Assembly: GCA_977016875.1 (NCBI GenBank)
Contig: CDRNST010000185.1
Location: forward strand, 1,054,001 to 1,118,000
DNA length: 64,000 nt
Source: Pavona decussata
Lineage: Eukaryota
Reading direction: 5' to 3'
Within the stretch, counting starts at the first letter, position 1. Each line of letters opens with the position of its first letter. The position numbers and the translations under genes are program-made. Positions 62,611-64,000 of this stretch are shown in pieces. The notes beneath the pieces were generated by a model. The model ran no database searches, was not told the origin of the DNA, and saw only the letters and a list, made by a program, of their open reading frames with translations.

Positions 62611-64000
62611 CTAAAAAGGAAAAACAATCAATTCCAGCGTACCCCTTTTATGACAAATATAGAGTTAGGCACACCCCACCCCACCCCCCCCTTAACCTCA
62701 CCCACCCCTCCCCCTTTACGTACGACACTTAATTATTACTGCCACTTTTCTATCGCTGTTTATCCTAGTAATACAGATGTCTTAGTGTTCAGCTCTAAAA
62801 TCTGCTTAGCAGATGCTACTTACGGATCAAAATTACGGTCACCTAAGCTGAATTAGCGAATTTTATCATCATGGGATTTTATTTTAGCAGTATCGCTAAT
62901 TTTAGGAGTACAAAAAGGATTCCGGGTTTGTGATGTGCGTGTTTTTTCAATTTCTTTAGCTTATGTCATGCGACATACGAAACCCATCTTTAGGTAACTT
63001 GCATTTGTTTTGGATTCTTTTCCTCCGACTGCTTTGTAAACTCCTTGATATATGTGTTTCTACGTAATTTGCTCAAATTCTCCTTGAATAACCGATATTA
63101 ACCGGCACACAGCGAGAACATTTAAGCAAACGGACTTGAAAGACTGTCTCCTGTGTTCTCAAATCGTTTTCAAAGATATATTTGTGTAAGATGATACTGC
63201 TCACCTGTTCAGCTGCTTTCTAAACAACATGTTTGTCCGCTCAAAAGGAAAGAAATTAGTTTTCCAGTGTACGGAAATTTTAAACTGACATTTTGCCGAA
63301 GAAACAGATATCGACAGAACAGATATCCAAAAAGCTATCCCAAATGGAATGTTGTTTGTCCAAGAGTATTCCTTGCAGGTAGAATTTATCCTATGGCCTA
63401 TTTTCGTGACCCATTTAACAAGTTACACAGGAAAACTTGCGAGAAAAATGAACACCTTTATTGATTTATTTATTTATTTATTTATTTATTTCTTATTGGG
63501 GGATATTAACTCATATAAATATTTTTTGTATATATCTATTTTATTTTATTCTTCAAAGAACGCCTACGTCTCTTTTGAAAAGGCAACTTGTAAACAATTT
63601 AGAACACTTGTATTACTTAAAATTAAGAAGCAGCCAAAAACATCTCATTAAAGAATCTAAACAGCTGTGTTGGTAAGACAAACTGTAGCAGGTTTCAAAA
63701 CAGTATGATATGTGACAAACAAAACATCAAGCTTGACTGCTCCGTTTAAATTTGCTCGTTTTCTTCTTCATTCCTTAACGTTAAAAAAACATTCAGAAAT
63801 TTGCCAAGTTTTGATTAAATAATCTGACGCTAATGGACTTCCCCCAGCGTAACTTATTGATCGCAACGATCGACAAACAAACCTAATAATGCACAGTTCT
63901 TATTATTTTTTTTTCTCTTTCTTGCGCTTTTTGACGGCAATCCTACCTTTAGGCTTTTCACAGATGAACTCTTGGTTTTCCTTGTAGTTGCAATTTGTAA

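Noticed and set aside
62985-63390. Further 5' exons of the RTK
   Set aside because: Candidate splice sites exist, but I could not build a phase-consistent, stop-free chain to 62610.

Overview
Eukaryotic, AT-rich, intron-containing animal DNA. The repeat families and gene styles suggest a cnidarian, probably a stony coral (inference only). Positions 9.4-35.7 kb are a fully resolvable nest of transposons. The outer layer is a P-superfamily DNA transposon (9452-35666, 23-bp TIRs, 7-bp TSD TTGCTAT) carrying two convergent spliced genes: a 7-exon, THAP-less DDE transposase (915 aa) and a 2-exon partner gene (about 347 aa, one frameshift). The partner resembles the C-terminal domain that the transposase lacks. 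Intron 1 of the transposase holds a 17.5-kb EnSpm/CACTA element (11167-28694, AA TSD) with an intact 958-aa transposase and a divergent 6-exon BEN-domain gene. That element in turn holds a young Gag-protease-only LTR retroelement (21182-27692, apparently identical 645-bp LTRs, TTAC TSD, tRNA-Ala PBS) plus MITEs. The right part of the window has a minus-strand receptor tyrosine kinase gene (49895 to at least 62610) with a C-type-lectin ectodomain, a decayed three-finger (LU) exon and a 35-bp minisatellite in the intron that splits the lectin domain. The rest is MITEs, SINE/LINE fragments and decayed coding relics. All gene models were spliced by eye; no database searches were run.
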